Part shown: positions 1 to 8,974 of the stretch, one piece after another
Numbering within the stretch: the first letter of the stretch is position 1
Layout: each line of letters starts with the position of its first letter
Source of the DNA: a candidate division TA06 bacterium
Lineage (GTDB): Bacteria > Hydrothermota > DG-26 > E44-bin18
NCBI GenBank assembly: GCA_004376575.1
Contig: SOJN01000148.1
Span: 2-64,001 of the forward strand
Length of the DNA: 64,000 nt
Direction of reading: 5' to 3'
Made by a program: the position numbers and the translations under genes
Notes under the pieces: model-generated
The model's input: the letters and a program-made list of their open reading frames with translations, nothing else
Told to the model about the DNA's origin: nothing
The model's database searches: none

Positions 1-170
1 TCGTGTGCGGAAGACTTTTTGCCTTGACAAGGTGCCTTTTAATGGGTGCTTCGTCACCCTTCGATGAACTCGGGAGGCCGTGAAACGCCCGCTCGTAAAA
101 CGAGCCGGGCGGGCAGGCAATATCTTCGACAGTTCGGAGTTTGTAGTTTTGGGGAGTTCTCCAGGGGTTA

Positions 171-199
171 TTGACATGGCATTTTGTTTTTGTTAGTAT
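171..199 (+). promoter_or_regulatory. Sigma70-like promoter: TTGACA (171-176), 17-bp spacer, TAGTAT (194-199), upstream of operon 1
   Basis: Perfect -35 hexamer and near-consensus -10 with 17-nt spacing, ~45 nt upstream of the ATG at 245. A purine-rich RBS (aagggaagg) precedes the start. Confidence 0.35.
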
Positions 200-244
200 C
201 CATGTCTATCCGCAATTCACTAGGCTAATAAAGGGAAGGTAGAA

Positions 245-1489
245 ATGGCCGAAGAGACTAAAGTGAAAAGAAAAAGGATCGCAGCGACAGGGATGATGAA
301 AAAGATCATGGCAGACTATTTCTACGAGATGGACAAGGCTGTCAAAGCTGGAGCCCCGAAGGTCGCGTGGTGCACGAGCGTGGGGCCTGCCGAGCTCCTC
401 CGGGCAATGGGTTTCCTCGTCCACTTTCCAGAAAACCACGGGGCAATGCTTGGAGCAACAAGGACAGCCAACGATTACATACCACTGGCAAACGCAATCG
501 GCTATTCTCCTGATATATGTTCTTATCTTACCAGTGATGTTGGGGCTTATCTGAAGGGAGAAACACCTCTTTCTAAAGCATATCCTGGCATAGAAAACGT
601 GCCCAAGCCGGATGTTCTTGTCTTCAACACCAACCAATGCAGGGATGTACAGGACTGGTTTGGCTGGTATTCAAGGGAGTTCAAAGTCCCCATCATGGGA
701 ATCAATACTCATAGAGGAGTAAGGGAAGTCACCAAGTCCCACATCGACAGTGTGGCGAGGCAGATAGCTTCTCTGGTCCCGGGGCTCGAAGAGATATCAG
801 GAAACAAATTCGACCTGGAAAGACTTCAAGAAACTGTGGATCTCTCTCTTGAATGCAGCCAACTCTGGCGCCAGGTTCTGGAAACGGCTGCCAACATCCC
901 ATCTCCATTCACATTCTTCGACGGAACCATCCACATGGGTCCAGCAGTAGTACTGAGGGGAACAAAGACAGCTGTGGACTACTACAAGGCCCTTCTTGCA
1001 GAGCTGAATGACAGAGTCGATAAGGGAGTCGCGGCTGTGGAAGGTGAAAGGTACAGGCTTTACTGGGAGGGGATGCCGATCTGGGGTAGGCTGCGAGACC
1101 TCTCGGAGTTTTTCGCTCATCTGAAGGCCTCTGTGCTTGCATCCACCTACTGCAACTCCTGGATATTCGATGCATTTGACCCAAAGGAACCCTTCGGAAG
1201 CATGGCCAAAGCATACACACTCCTCTTCATTGTCCGCTCTGACGAAGAGAAAGAGAAGTACATAGAGGATATGGTCACGAAATTCAAGCTCGACGGCATA
1301 GTATTTCACGACTCCAAGACGTGTCCCAATAACACAAATAGTAGATATGGAATGCCGGAGAGGCTGCGGGAGAGTCTGGATGTCAACACTGTTACCATCT
1401 TTGGAGATCTGAACGACCTCCGCTGCTACTCGGAGGAACAATCAAAGACAAACATTGAAGCCTTCATCGAACAACTGGAGAGGAAATAA
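245..1489 (+). CDS. Stand-alone 2-hydroxyacyl-CoA dehydratase D-component / benzoyl-CoA reductase BcrB/C-family Fe-S protein (HgdB-like; double-cubane-cluster-protein-like)
   Basis: 414 aa. C-terminal ...GIVFHDSKTCPNNT... region typical of the HgdB/BcrB/BadD family. Multiple conserved Cys. Translationally coupled (TAATG) to the activase gene. No partner HgdA-like subunit is present upstream. Confidence 0.75.
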   Translation: MAEETKVKRKRIAATGMMKKIMADYFYEMDKAVKAGAPKVAWCTSVGPAELLRAMGFLVHFPENHGAMLGATRTANDYIPLANAIGYSPDICSYLTSDVGAYLKGETPLSKAYPGIENVPKPDVLVFNTNQCRDVQDWFGWYSREFKVPIMGINTHRGVREVTKSHIDSVARQIASLVPGLEEISGNKFDLERLQETVDLSLECSQLWRQVLETAANIPSPFTFFDGTIHMGPAVVLRGTKTAVDYYKALLAELNDRVDKGVAAVEGERYRLYWEGMPIWGRLRDLSEFFAHLKASVLASTYCNSWIFDAFDPKEPFGSMAKAYTLLFIVRSDEEKEKYIEDMVTKFKLDGIVFHDSKTCPNNTNSRYGMPERLRESLDVNTVTIFGDLNDLRCYSEEQSKTNIEAFIEQLERK

Positions 1490-2259
1490 TGGTCCTGGGA
1501 ATCGATGTAGGAGCCTCCGCAACAAAAGGAATTCTTCTCAATCAGGACCGGCAGGTTGTGTCCTTCTATGTAAGAGATTCAGGCGTAGACTTCAAACAAG
1601 CAGCGGAAGATACCCGCATGAACTGTATGAGTACTGCGGGAATAGCTGAGGATGATATCAAATACACTATTGCCAGTGGGTATGGGAGAAGGAGTGTCTC
1701 TTTTGCAGACGATATCAAAACCGAAATATCCTGCCACGCCAGAGGAGGTTACTTCCACCATCCCAAAGCCTGTACAATCGTTGATATTGGGGGCCAGGAC
1801 AGCAAAGTCATCAGAGTAGACGATGCAGGTAAGCCCATTTCCTTCAAGATGAACAGAAAGTGCGCGGCGGGCACAGGCGCATTCCTGGTGGAGACTGCTG
1901 CCAGGCTCTCAATTCACCTTGAGCAAATGGAAGGCCTCGCACGGGGAGCCCAGAAAGAGATAGAACTGGGATCATTCTGCACTGTCTTCACCAAGACAGA
2001 GATACTGGCCAGGATCTCTGAAGGAGCTTGCGCAGAAGACATAGCAAGAGGAGTATTTGGTTCGGTCATCAAGAGAATCATAGAGATGGATCCACTGACA
2101 GGAGATGTGGTGATGACCGGTGGAGTCATCGCACACAATCCTTTTCTTGGAGAGATGTTTGAGAAAAAACTGAACAGGAAACTGTTCGTCCCCGAAAAGC
2201 CGCAGTTTGCTGGAGCCCTTGGCGCAGCACTTTTCGCTCTTGAACAATCCGGAGGCTGA
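1489..2259 (+). CDS. CoA-substrate-specific enzyme activase (HgdC/BcrAD/BadFG-family ASKHA ATPase)
   Basis: 256 aa. N-terminal GIDVGASATKG (actin-fold phosphate-1), ISCHARG and KCAAGTGAF motifs typical of HgdC-type [4Fe-4S]-bridging activases. Confidence 0.85.
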   Translation: MVLGIDVGASATKGILLNQDRQVVSFYVRDSGVDFKQAAEDTRMNCMSTAGIAEDDIKYTIASGYGRRSVSFADDIKTEISCHARGGYFHHPKACTIVDIGGQDSKVIRVDDAGKPISFKMNRKCAAGTGAFLVETAARLSIHLEQMEGLARGAQKEIELGSFCTVFTKTEILARISEGACAEDIARGVFGSVIKRIIEMDPLTGDVVMTGGVIAHNPFLGEMFEKKLNRKLFVPEKPQFAGALGAALFALEQSGG

Positions 2260-2261
2260 GT

Positions 2262-4352
2262 ATGCTCGACTACCTCTTCAAACCAAAATCGGTTGCTGTC
2301 ATCGGTGCATCGAACAGAAAACTGACCATCGGCTACAGGATACTCCAGAATCTTTCAGAATCGGGATACAAGGGGCAGGTGTATCCTGTCCATCCCAAGG
2401 AAGATAAGATTAGAAACCTCAAGGCTTACAGGTCCGTACTTGATGTTCCGGCTGAACTCGATGTCGCGCACATAGTCGTGAAAAGTTCTCTTGTGCAGAC
2501 AGTGCTGGAAGAGTGCTGCAAGAAGAAGGTTAGATCAGTAATCATCAATACAGCAGGCTTCAGCGAGGTCGGTGAAGAGGGGAAAGAACTGGAGAGTAAG
2601 ATAGTGGACATAGCCCGAAAAGGGAATGTTCGCGTCTTCGGCCCGAACTGCCAGGGAATCATGAATTCTGACCCGGATGTGAGGGCTTACTGCAACTTCA
2701 CCTTCACAAGGATGAATCCGGGGACAATATCCATTGTCGCCCAGAGCGGTGGGGTTGGCGAGGTCATAAACCAAAGGCTCTACTCACTTGGTGAAGGGTT
2801 CAGGATGTATGCATCGACAGGAAATGCAGCAGACATAAGCATTCCCGAGATAATGAACTACTGGGCGAATGATGATGGAACAAAAGTGATAATAGTCCAC
2901 GTAGAAAGCCTTGCGGATCCAAAGAAATTTATGGATATAGCAGCTGAGGTCGCAAGGAAGAAGCCTGTACTGGGAATGAAAACCGGAAGGACGGTCGAGG
3001 GTGCCAAAGCCGTCGTCTCGCACACTGGAAGGCTTATGGGGGAAGGAATGCCCATAGAGCTGATGTTTGAGAGATGCGGAATTGTCAGTTTCCGTGACCA
3101 GGATGAGCTGTGCCAGGCGGCAATTGCGTTTGCAAAGCAGCCTCTTCCGGAGGGAAACAGAGTTGCCATTGTTACCAATTCCGGTGGACCTGGAATTATA
3201 GCCACTGATGGATGCATTGAGGCCGGGCTGGAGCTTCCTACGTTGTCGCACGATACGCAGACTACACTTAAGGAGAATCTTTTCCCGGAGGCCACTGTAA
3301 GCAACCCTGTAGATGTTCTCGCTACGGCAACACCGGAGCACTATGGGCTCACCCTCAGAGAACTGATAAGAGATTCCAAGGTGGACTCAATACTGGTCAA
3401 TTTTATCACACCTTTCTTTGTAGATTGCGAGGGTGTCGCACGCGAAATAGTGAAGGCCTCTGAGAAGAGAGAGAAACCCGTCATTGCCGTGATAATGACA
3501 GACAGAGAACAACAAGCAGAGACCTTACGAATCATCAGAAAAGGAAACATACCCACATACGACTTCGCTGAGATGGCCACAAAAACACTGCGGGCCATGG
3601 TGAGAATGTCTGATTATCATCAGAGAGCCAAGGAACCCTTTGAGCCATTTGGAGACGTAGACAAAAATGCTGCCCGTTCGCTGGTAACAACTGCCCTGAA
3701 AGAAAAGACAAACATACTTGGTGCGGAGCAGTGTGTGCAAATTCTCGATTTCTACCGGATACCACAGGCACCAGCACTGGTGGGAGCAAATTTGCACCAG
3801 TGTCTTTCGGCTGCAAGAGAGATTGGTTTCCCCGTTGCCCTGAAGGTCGATTCTGTGGACGTGATTCACAAAACCGAGGTCGGCGGCCTTTCTTTGAACA
3901 TTGCCAATGAACAATGTCTGAAAAAAGAGTTTAATAATCTCCGCGGCAAATTCAGGAACTATAGTCCGCAATATCTTGTCCAGAAGTACCTGACAGGCGG
4001 AATAGAGGTGATTGCAGGGGCCAAAACAGTAGACGGCGTCGGCCACGTCGTAATGTTCGGCCTGGGTGGTGTCCTTGTGGAGGTCATGAAGGACGTAGTA
4101 TTCCAGTTCGCACCACTCAATAGAACTGGAGCCCAAAGGATGATCAAATCTACAAAGGGTTATCCTGTTCTTAGAGGTTTCAGAGGCCGGGAAGGTGCAA
4201 ACACAGAAAGGCTCATAGAGATATTGATGAGAGTGTCACAGCTCGTGACTGAAGTTCCAGAGATAGCCGAGCTCGATTTGAATCCCATAATCGCGTACAA
4301 AGACCCTTCCAGGACAGTCGCGGTAGACGTGCGGATCAAGATCTCTGGCTGA
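2262..4352 (+). CDS. ADP-forming acyl-CoA synthetase (NDP-forming), fused alpha/beta (CoA-binding + ATP-grasp)
   Basis: 696 aa. N-terminal CoA-binding SVAVIGAS... domain (succinyl-CoA synthetase alpha-like). C-terminal ATP-grasp domain. Architecture of acetyl-CoA synthetase (ADP-forming). Confidence 0.8.
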   Translation: MLDYLFKPKSVAVIGASNRKLTIGYRILQNLSESGYKGQVYPVHPKEDKIRNLKAYRSVLDVPAELDVAHIVVKSSLVQTVLEECCKKKVRSVIINTAGFSEVGEEGKELESKIVDIARKGNVRVFGPNCQGIMNSDPDVRAYCNFTFTRMNPGTISIVAQSGGVGEVINQRLYSLGEGFRMYASTGNAADISIPEIMNYWANDDGTKVIIVHVESLADPKKFMDIAAEVARKKPVLGMKTGRTVEGAKAVVSHTGRLMGEGMPIELMFERCGIVSFRDQDELCQAAIAFAKQPLPEGNRVAIVTNSGGPGIIATDGCIEAGLELPTLSHDTQTTLKENLFPEATVSNPVDVLATATPEHYGLTLRELIRDSKVDSILVNFITPFFVDCEGVAREIVKASEKREKPVIAVIMTDREQQAETLRIIRKGNIPTYDFAEMATKTLRAMVRMSDYHQRAKEPFEPFGDVDKNAARSLVTTALKEKTNILGAEQCVQILDFYRIPQAPALVGANLHQCLSAAREIGFPVALKVDSVDVIHKTEVGGLSLNIANEQCLKKEFNNLRGKFRNYSPQYLVQKYLTGGIEVIAGAKTVDGVGHVVMFGLGGVLVEVMKDVVFQFAPLNRTGAQRMIKSTKGYPVLRGFRGREGANTERLIEILMRVSQLVTEVPEIAELDLNPIIAYKDPSRTVAVDVRIKISG

Positions 4353-4378
4353 GAACCTACAGAAACCCTCTGGAGGAT

Positions 4379-5950
4379 TTGGCAATGGGTGTACCCTGGC
4401 TCAATCTAGGCGAGATCCTCGTAGTGAATTCCAAAAAGTACAGAAACAAGCTGGCCCTCAAGGAAAGAGACAGAGCGTTCACGTTCGGGGAGCTGAACGT
4501 GAGGACCAACCAGCTCGCCAATGCATTGGTTTCAATGGGATTGAAAAAGGGCGAAAAGGTGTCATGCCTTCTGGAGAACTCCATCGAAATTGTCGAACTC
4601 TATCTTGCCGCTGCCAAAACGGGAATGGTGCTGAATCCTATCAACTTCAGACTGTCCCCTAACGATGTGGAATACATAGTGGGCGACTCTGACGCAAAGG
4701 CGATAGTAGCACACGAGGAGTTCACCCCCTGTATCGATGAGATCAGGGGGAATCTTCCAAACGTAAGAAACTTCGTCTCGGTAGGAGAAGAAACCCCTCC
4801 GGGATACGTAAACTACGAATCTCTGCTGGCTGAGTCCTCAGATGATGAGCCCAGGGCAAAGGTCAATCCTGAGGACAACTGGGTACTCCTCTACACCTCC
4901 GGGACTACAGGGAAGCCCAAGGGTGTTGTCCGTTCACACGAGTCCTATGTTGCGTTCTATTTGATAAATGCAATAGATTTCGGTTTCAGTGAACATGACG
5001 TCTGTCTTAACATAATGCCCCTATCCCACGTCAATTCTACCTTTTTCTCTTTCACCTTTACATACATCGGCGGAAGCCTCTATATCCATCCAGCCAGCCA
5101 TTTTGACCCTGTTGAAATCCTGGAAATCATCCAGAGAGAAAAGATAACCTTCATATCTCTGATACCTACTCATTACAATCTCATTCTTAATGTGCCAGAA
5201 GAAGAGAGAAGGGAATACGATGTCAGTTCTATCAAGAAACTTCTTTGTTCCTCGGCTCCTGCCCGGAAAGAAATGAAGAAAGCAGTGATGGAGATGTTCA
5301 AGGGGGTGGAGCTGTACGAAGGATATGGATCCACTGAAGCAGGCATAGTCACAGTTCTCAAGCCTTATGAACAGATGACAAAACTCGGTTCGATTGGCAG
5401 AGAGTCGTGCGGTACGAGTATGATCAAGATTCTTGATGAGCAAGGCAACCCCGTTCCAGTGGGACAGGTCGGAGAACTTTACTCCAGGGGTCCAATGCTA
5501 TTCGACAAATACCACAAACTTCCAGAAAAGACTGAAGAATCTTTCAGAGAAGGCTGGTTCACAGCAGGTGACATGGCAAAAGAAGATGAGGAAGGATACT
5601 TCTATATCGTCGATAGAAAAGACAACCTGGTAATCACGGGCGGGGAGCATGTCTATCCATCCGAGGTTGAGGAAGTGGTTGCGCGCCATCCGGCCGTTTT
5701 TGACGTGGCTGTAATCGGAGTTCCACACGAAAAATGGGGAGAAGCTGTCAAGGCAGTCGTAATCCTCAAGCATGGAAAGATGGCGACTGAACAGGAGATA
5801 ATAAAGTTCTGTGTTGGAAAGATGGCCTCCTTTAAGAAACCGAAATCTGTCACATTTATTGAGCCAGAGGAAATGCCCAGAACCGGTACAGGAAAGATAC
5901 TCCATCGGGAGTTGCGCAGGCGTTTCACAAAGAACAAGAATCAAGCGTGA
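4379..5950 (+). CDS. AMP-dependent acyl-CoA synthetase/ligase (candidate aromatic/alicyclic acid-CoA ligase)
   Basis: 523 aa. AMP-binding signature LLYTSGTTGKPKGV. C-terminal GEAVKAVV...KILHREL. Assigned to the ANL superfamily. Confidence 0.85.
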   Translation: MAMGVPWLNLGEILVVNSKKYRNKLALKERDRAFTFGELNVRTNQLANALVSMGLKKGEKVSCLLENSIEIVELYLAAAKTGMVLNPINFRLSPNDVEYIVGDSDAKAIVAHEEFTPCIDEIRGNLPNVRNFVSVGEETPPGYVNYESLLAESSDDEPRAKVNPEDNWVLLYTSGTTGKPKGVVRSHESYVAFYLINAIDFGFSEHDVCLNIMPLSHVNSTFFSFTFTYIGGSLYIHPASHFDPVEILEIIQREKITFISLIPTHYNLILNVPEEERREYDVSSIKKLLCSSAPARKEMKKAVMEMFKGVELYEGYGSTEAGIVTVLKPYEQMTKLGSIGRESCGTSMIKILDEQGNPVPVGQVGELYSRGPMLFDKYHKLPEKTEESFREGWFTAGDMAKEDEEGYFYIVDRKDNLVITGGEHVYPSEVEEVVARHPAVFDVAVIGVPHEKWGEAVKAVVILKHGKMATEQEIIKFCVGKMASFKKPKSVTFIEPEEMPRTGTGKILHRELRRRFTKNKNQA

Positions 5951-7554
5951 AGCATCACAGATCTGCCCCTTCTGCCCACCGTTCTGTCCCTTCCGACCGG
6001 CCGTGGTTTCGACACTGGCCCAGCGGTGCACCCAAACACATCGATTATCCGCAAAAGCCCCTCCCATTTCTTTTGGAGGACACGGCAAGAAGAAGCCCTG
6101 ACAGCATCGCCTTCAGTTCCGGCACAGATTCAATAGCCTTCTCAAAACTTTCGCAGAAATCGGACGCATTCGCCTCCGGGCTTCATTCAATCAACATACG
6201 CAAGGGCGACCGTGTACTTCTTCTTCTACCAAATATTATTGAGTTCGTTATCAGCTTCTATGGGACGCTTAAATCAGGTGCAGCCGTCGTGTCGCTTCAT
6301 CACCTTGTAAGGGAGGCTGAACTTTCAAAAGCCCTTGAAGAGAGTGAACCAAAGGCAGCAGTCATCCTGAGCAGCCTCTCCCCCGCTGAACGTGAGGTTC
6401 TGAATAAGTCCAGGGTGAGAGTCATAGAAGTTGGTGAACTGGCTGCAAGCAAATCGATCAGTTTTGGTCAATTCGTCTCGAAACGGAGAGCGTACCCACA
6501 CGTATCTGTTAGCGCTGATGACCCTGCCGTAATTCAATACACGGGCGCTACAACCGGCGCACCAAAACCAGCAGTCATGTCACATTTCAACCTTCTCGCC
6601 AATGCAGTGCAAAATGCAACCTGGTTTGGGTGGGATGAGAATGAAAAGGTTCTGGGAATTCTGCCGCTTTGCCATACATGGGGATGCTCGTGCTGTATGA
6701 ATTCCCCAATATACACAGGAGCAAAAACCATTTTTGTGGGAAGATTTGATCCTGAGGTTGTTCTCCAGACCATCGAAGCTGAACATGCAACCGTTCTCTA
6801 CGGATCAGCGACTATGTTCTCAGTGTTGTTGAATAGCCCCGGGATTGAAAGGTTCAACCTTTCCAGTCTCAAATGGGTGAAGGCAGGAGCCATGCCAATT
6901 CCTGTTGAACTCAAAAGGAAGTGGGATGAGAAGACAGGAATACCGCTGGTGCTAGGGTATGGCCTGACTGAGGCTTCCCCTGAGACCCACGACAGTCCTC
7001 CAAACAGAATCAGAGAGGGGACGATCGGAATTCCAATCATAGATACGGACGCGAAGATAGTCGATCTGGAGACGGAAAATGAATTAGAGCCCGGGAAACC
7101 AGGTGAACTGCTGATTCGAGGGCCTCAGGTTACAGAGCTTGGATACCTGAACGATGAGGAAGAGACAGAACGTGCACTCCGAGGAGGCTGGCTTCATACC
7201 GGAGACATAGGAATAATGGACGCGGAAGGTTATTTTACCCTTGTGGACAGGAAGAAGGACATAATCAAATACAAAGGCTACACCATATATCCTGTAGAAC
7301 TGGAAGATCTGCTCTATGGACACCCCGCAGTAAGAGAGTGCGCCGTGGTCGCAAAGAAACACTCTGAGTTTGGGGAGGTCCCCAAGGCATTCATCGTGTG
7401 CAAAGAGGATTCAGCGTTAACGGAAGAAGACGTAATTGAATTCTGTGAGAAGAGAGTTGCTCCATACAAAAAGATAAGAGAAGTCGAGTTTATTGAGTGT
7501 TTGCCCAAGACGCCGGTGGGCAAAGTTTTGAGAAGAAAGCTGAGAGACAAATGA
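5947..7554 (+). CDS. AMP-dependent acyl-CoA synthetase/ligase (FadD-like)
   Basis: 535 aa. N-terminus RPWFRHWPSGAPKHIDYP resembles the FadD N-terminus. AMP-binding motif IQYTGATTGAPKPAVMSH. GTG start overlaps the previous stop (GTGA). Confidence 0.8.
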   Translation: MKHHRSAPSAHRSVPSDRPWFRHWPSGAPKHIDYPQKPLPFLLEDTARRSPDSIAFSSGTDSIAFSKLSQKSDAFASGLHSINIRKGDRVLLLLPNIIEFVISFYGTLKSGAAVVSLHHLVREAELSKALEESEPKAAVILSSLSPAEREVLNKSRVRVIEVGELAASKSISFGQFVSKRRAYPHVSVSADDPAVIQYTGATTGAPKPAVMSHFNLLANAVQNATWFGWDENEKVLGILPLCHTWGCSCCMNSPIYTGAKTIFVGRFDPEVVLQTIEAEHATVLYGSATMFSVLLNSPGIERFNLSSLKWVKAGAMPIPVELKRKWDEKTGIPLVLGYGLTEASPETHDSPPNRIREGTIGIPIIDTDAKIVDLETENELEPGKPGELLIRGPQVTELGYLNDEEETERALRGGWLHTGDIGIMDAEGYFTLVDRKKDIIKYKGYTIYPVELEDLLYGHPAVRECAVVAKKHSEFGEVPKAFIVCKEDSALTEEDVIEFCEKRVAPYKKIREVEFIECLPKTPVGKVLRRKLRDK

Positions 7555-7653
7555 TGAATCACAAACTACGAATTACTAATTGCAAAAGTGTAAGAGGATC
7601 GATTTACGAATCCCGTCGCGTTTTTCGGCGTGGGGGTTTCCTTCCTTTCCCTC

Positions 7654-7682
7654 TTGACAACATTTTTGTGTCAAGTTATGAT
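7654..7682 (+). promoter_or_regulatory. Sigma70-like promoter (TTGACA-17-TATGAT) embedded in the palindrome CTTGACA-N9-TGTCAAG, upstream of bamA operon
   Basis: Near-consensus -35 and -10 hexamers with 17-nt spacing. The -35 lies inside a 7-bp inverted repeat (cttgaca / tgtcaag), suggesting an operator. Confidence 0.35.
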
Positions 7683-7772
7683 AACAGTCCGCTCTCTTTA
7701 TCTTCGATGGTTTCCCTAAGTGTTTGGTGCTGTTGGCTTTAAGCCGCCAAACTAAAGCACAGGAGGAAGAAA

Positions 7773-8912
7773 ATGTCACTTGATTGGCTGCCCAGGGACG
7801 ATGAAGTGAAGAACCACGCGCTTTGGGGCAAAGAACATTTCGGCACAGAGCCCCCCTGCGTGATTTATGAAAAGAGACCTGTCATAGATTCAGATGGAAA
7901 TGAAGTCAAAGGGCTCTATTCTGCATGGGTCATTCTGAACAATCCTAAACAGTACAACTCATACACTACTGAAATGGTCAAGGGAGTGATAGCAGGTTTC
8001 CAAAACGCCTCACTCGATAGGAGCGTTGTCTCTGTGGTCTTCACCGCCGTGGGTGATAGAGCATTCTGCACTGGCGGAAACACCAAAGAGTATGCTGAAT
8101 ACTACAGCAAACGGCCCAATGAATACGGGGAGTACATGGACCTGTTCAACCAGATGGTGGATGCTATCCTCATGTGCAAGAAGCCTACCATATGCCGGGT
8201 GAATGGGATGAGAATTGCTGGTGGCCAGGAGATAGGAATGGCCTGTGACATAGCCATTGCGGCTGACACTGCAACCTTCGGGCAGGCGGGACCGAGACAT
8301 GGGTCTGCCCCTGACGGGGGCTCAAGCGACTTCCTTCCGTGGTACTTGAGCATAGAAGACGCACTGTGGAACTGCGTATCATGCGAGATATGGAGTGCGT
8401 ACAAGATGAAAAGGCTTGGTCTCATTACCAGAGTGGTCCCTGTCATAAAGGACGGAGAAAAGTGGATAAGAAACCCGATGGTAATCACAGGCAAATACGT
8501 GGAGGACGGGGAAATCGTTTATGGAGAGCTGGTTAAAGGAGAAGAACTGAAGAAAGCAAAGGAATTCTTGAAGGGAGGCAAGAAAGATTTTGGACTCCTG
8601 GACGCGGCAGTTAATGAAGTCATCTGGAAATTTGTCAACCTGATGCCTGGATGTCTGATAAAATCAATAGATGGTGTCCGAATGAAGAAGAAATTCTTCT
8701 GGGACGTGGCCAAACTGGCAAACAGACACTGGCTTGCAGCAAACATGTCCACGGAAGCGTTCCTTGGTTTCCACGCGTTCAATACTAAGAAGATAACCGG
8801 CAAAGACGTGATTGACTTTGTGAAGTATCGTCAGTTGATTGCCGAGGGACACGTGTTCGATGATTCACTTGCTGAGGAGGTATTCGGGAAGCCGAAACCA
8901 GAAGCTGAGTGA
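7773..8912 (+). CDS. bamA: 6-oxocyclohex-1-ene-1-carbonyl-CoA hydrolase (ring-cleaving crotonase-family hydrolase, BamA/Oah)
   Basis: 379 aa, crotonase fold. Contains QYNSYTT and GQEIGMA, the peptide motifs encoded by the bamA functional-marker primer sites. Length matches BamA/Oah (~380 aa). Confidence 0.85.
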   Translation: MSLDWLPRDDEVKNHALWGKEHFGTEPPCVIYEKRPVIDSDGNEVKGLYSAWVILNNPKQYNSYTTEMVKGVIAGFQNASLDRSVVSVVFTAVGDRAFCTGGNTKEYAEYYSKRPNEYGEYMDLFNQMVDAILMCKKPTICRVNGMRIAGGQEIGMACDIAIAADTATFGQAGPRHGSAPDGGSSDFLPWYLSIEDALWNCVSCEIWSAYKMKRLGLITRVVPVIKDGEKWIRNPMVITGKYVEDGEIVYGELVKGEELKKAKEFLKGGKKDFGLLDAAVNEVIWKFVNLMPGCLIKSIDGVRMKKKFFWDVAKLANRHWLAANMSTEAFLGFHAFNTKKITGKDVIDFVKYRQLIAEGHVFDDSLAEEVFGKPKPEAE

Positions 8913-8974
8913 GAACGACTCTCACAAAACCTTCATCCAAACAACCCCAGATTGGGAAAGGAGTAATCGAGGAA

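Noticed and set aside
797-1441. 214-aa minus-strand ORF (and a 103-aa ORF at 909-1220) antisense to the HgdB-like gene
   Set aside because: Shadow ORFs fully embedded in a strongly supported + strand CDS, with no RBS or recognisable domains. Similar antisense ORFs (206-637, 3525-4136, 5498-6088, 11102-11758, 12619-13335, 23954-24838, 26551-27243, 31066-31869) were rejected for the same reason.
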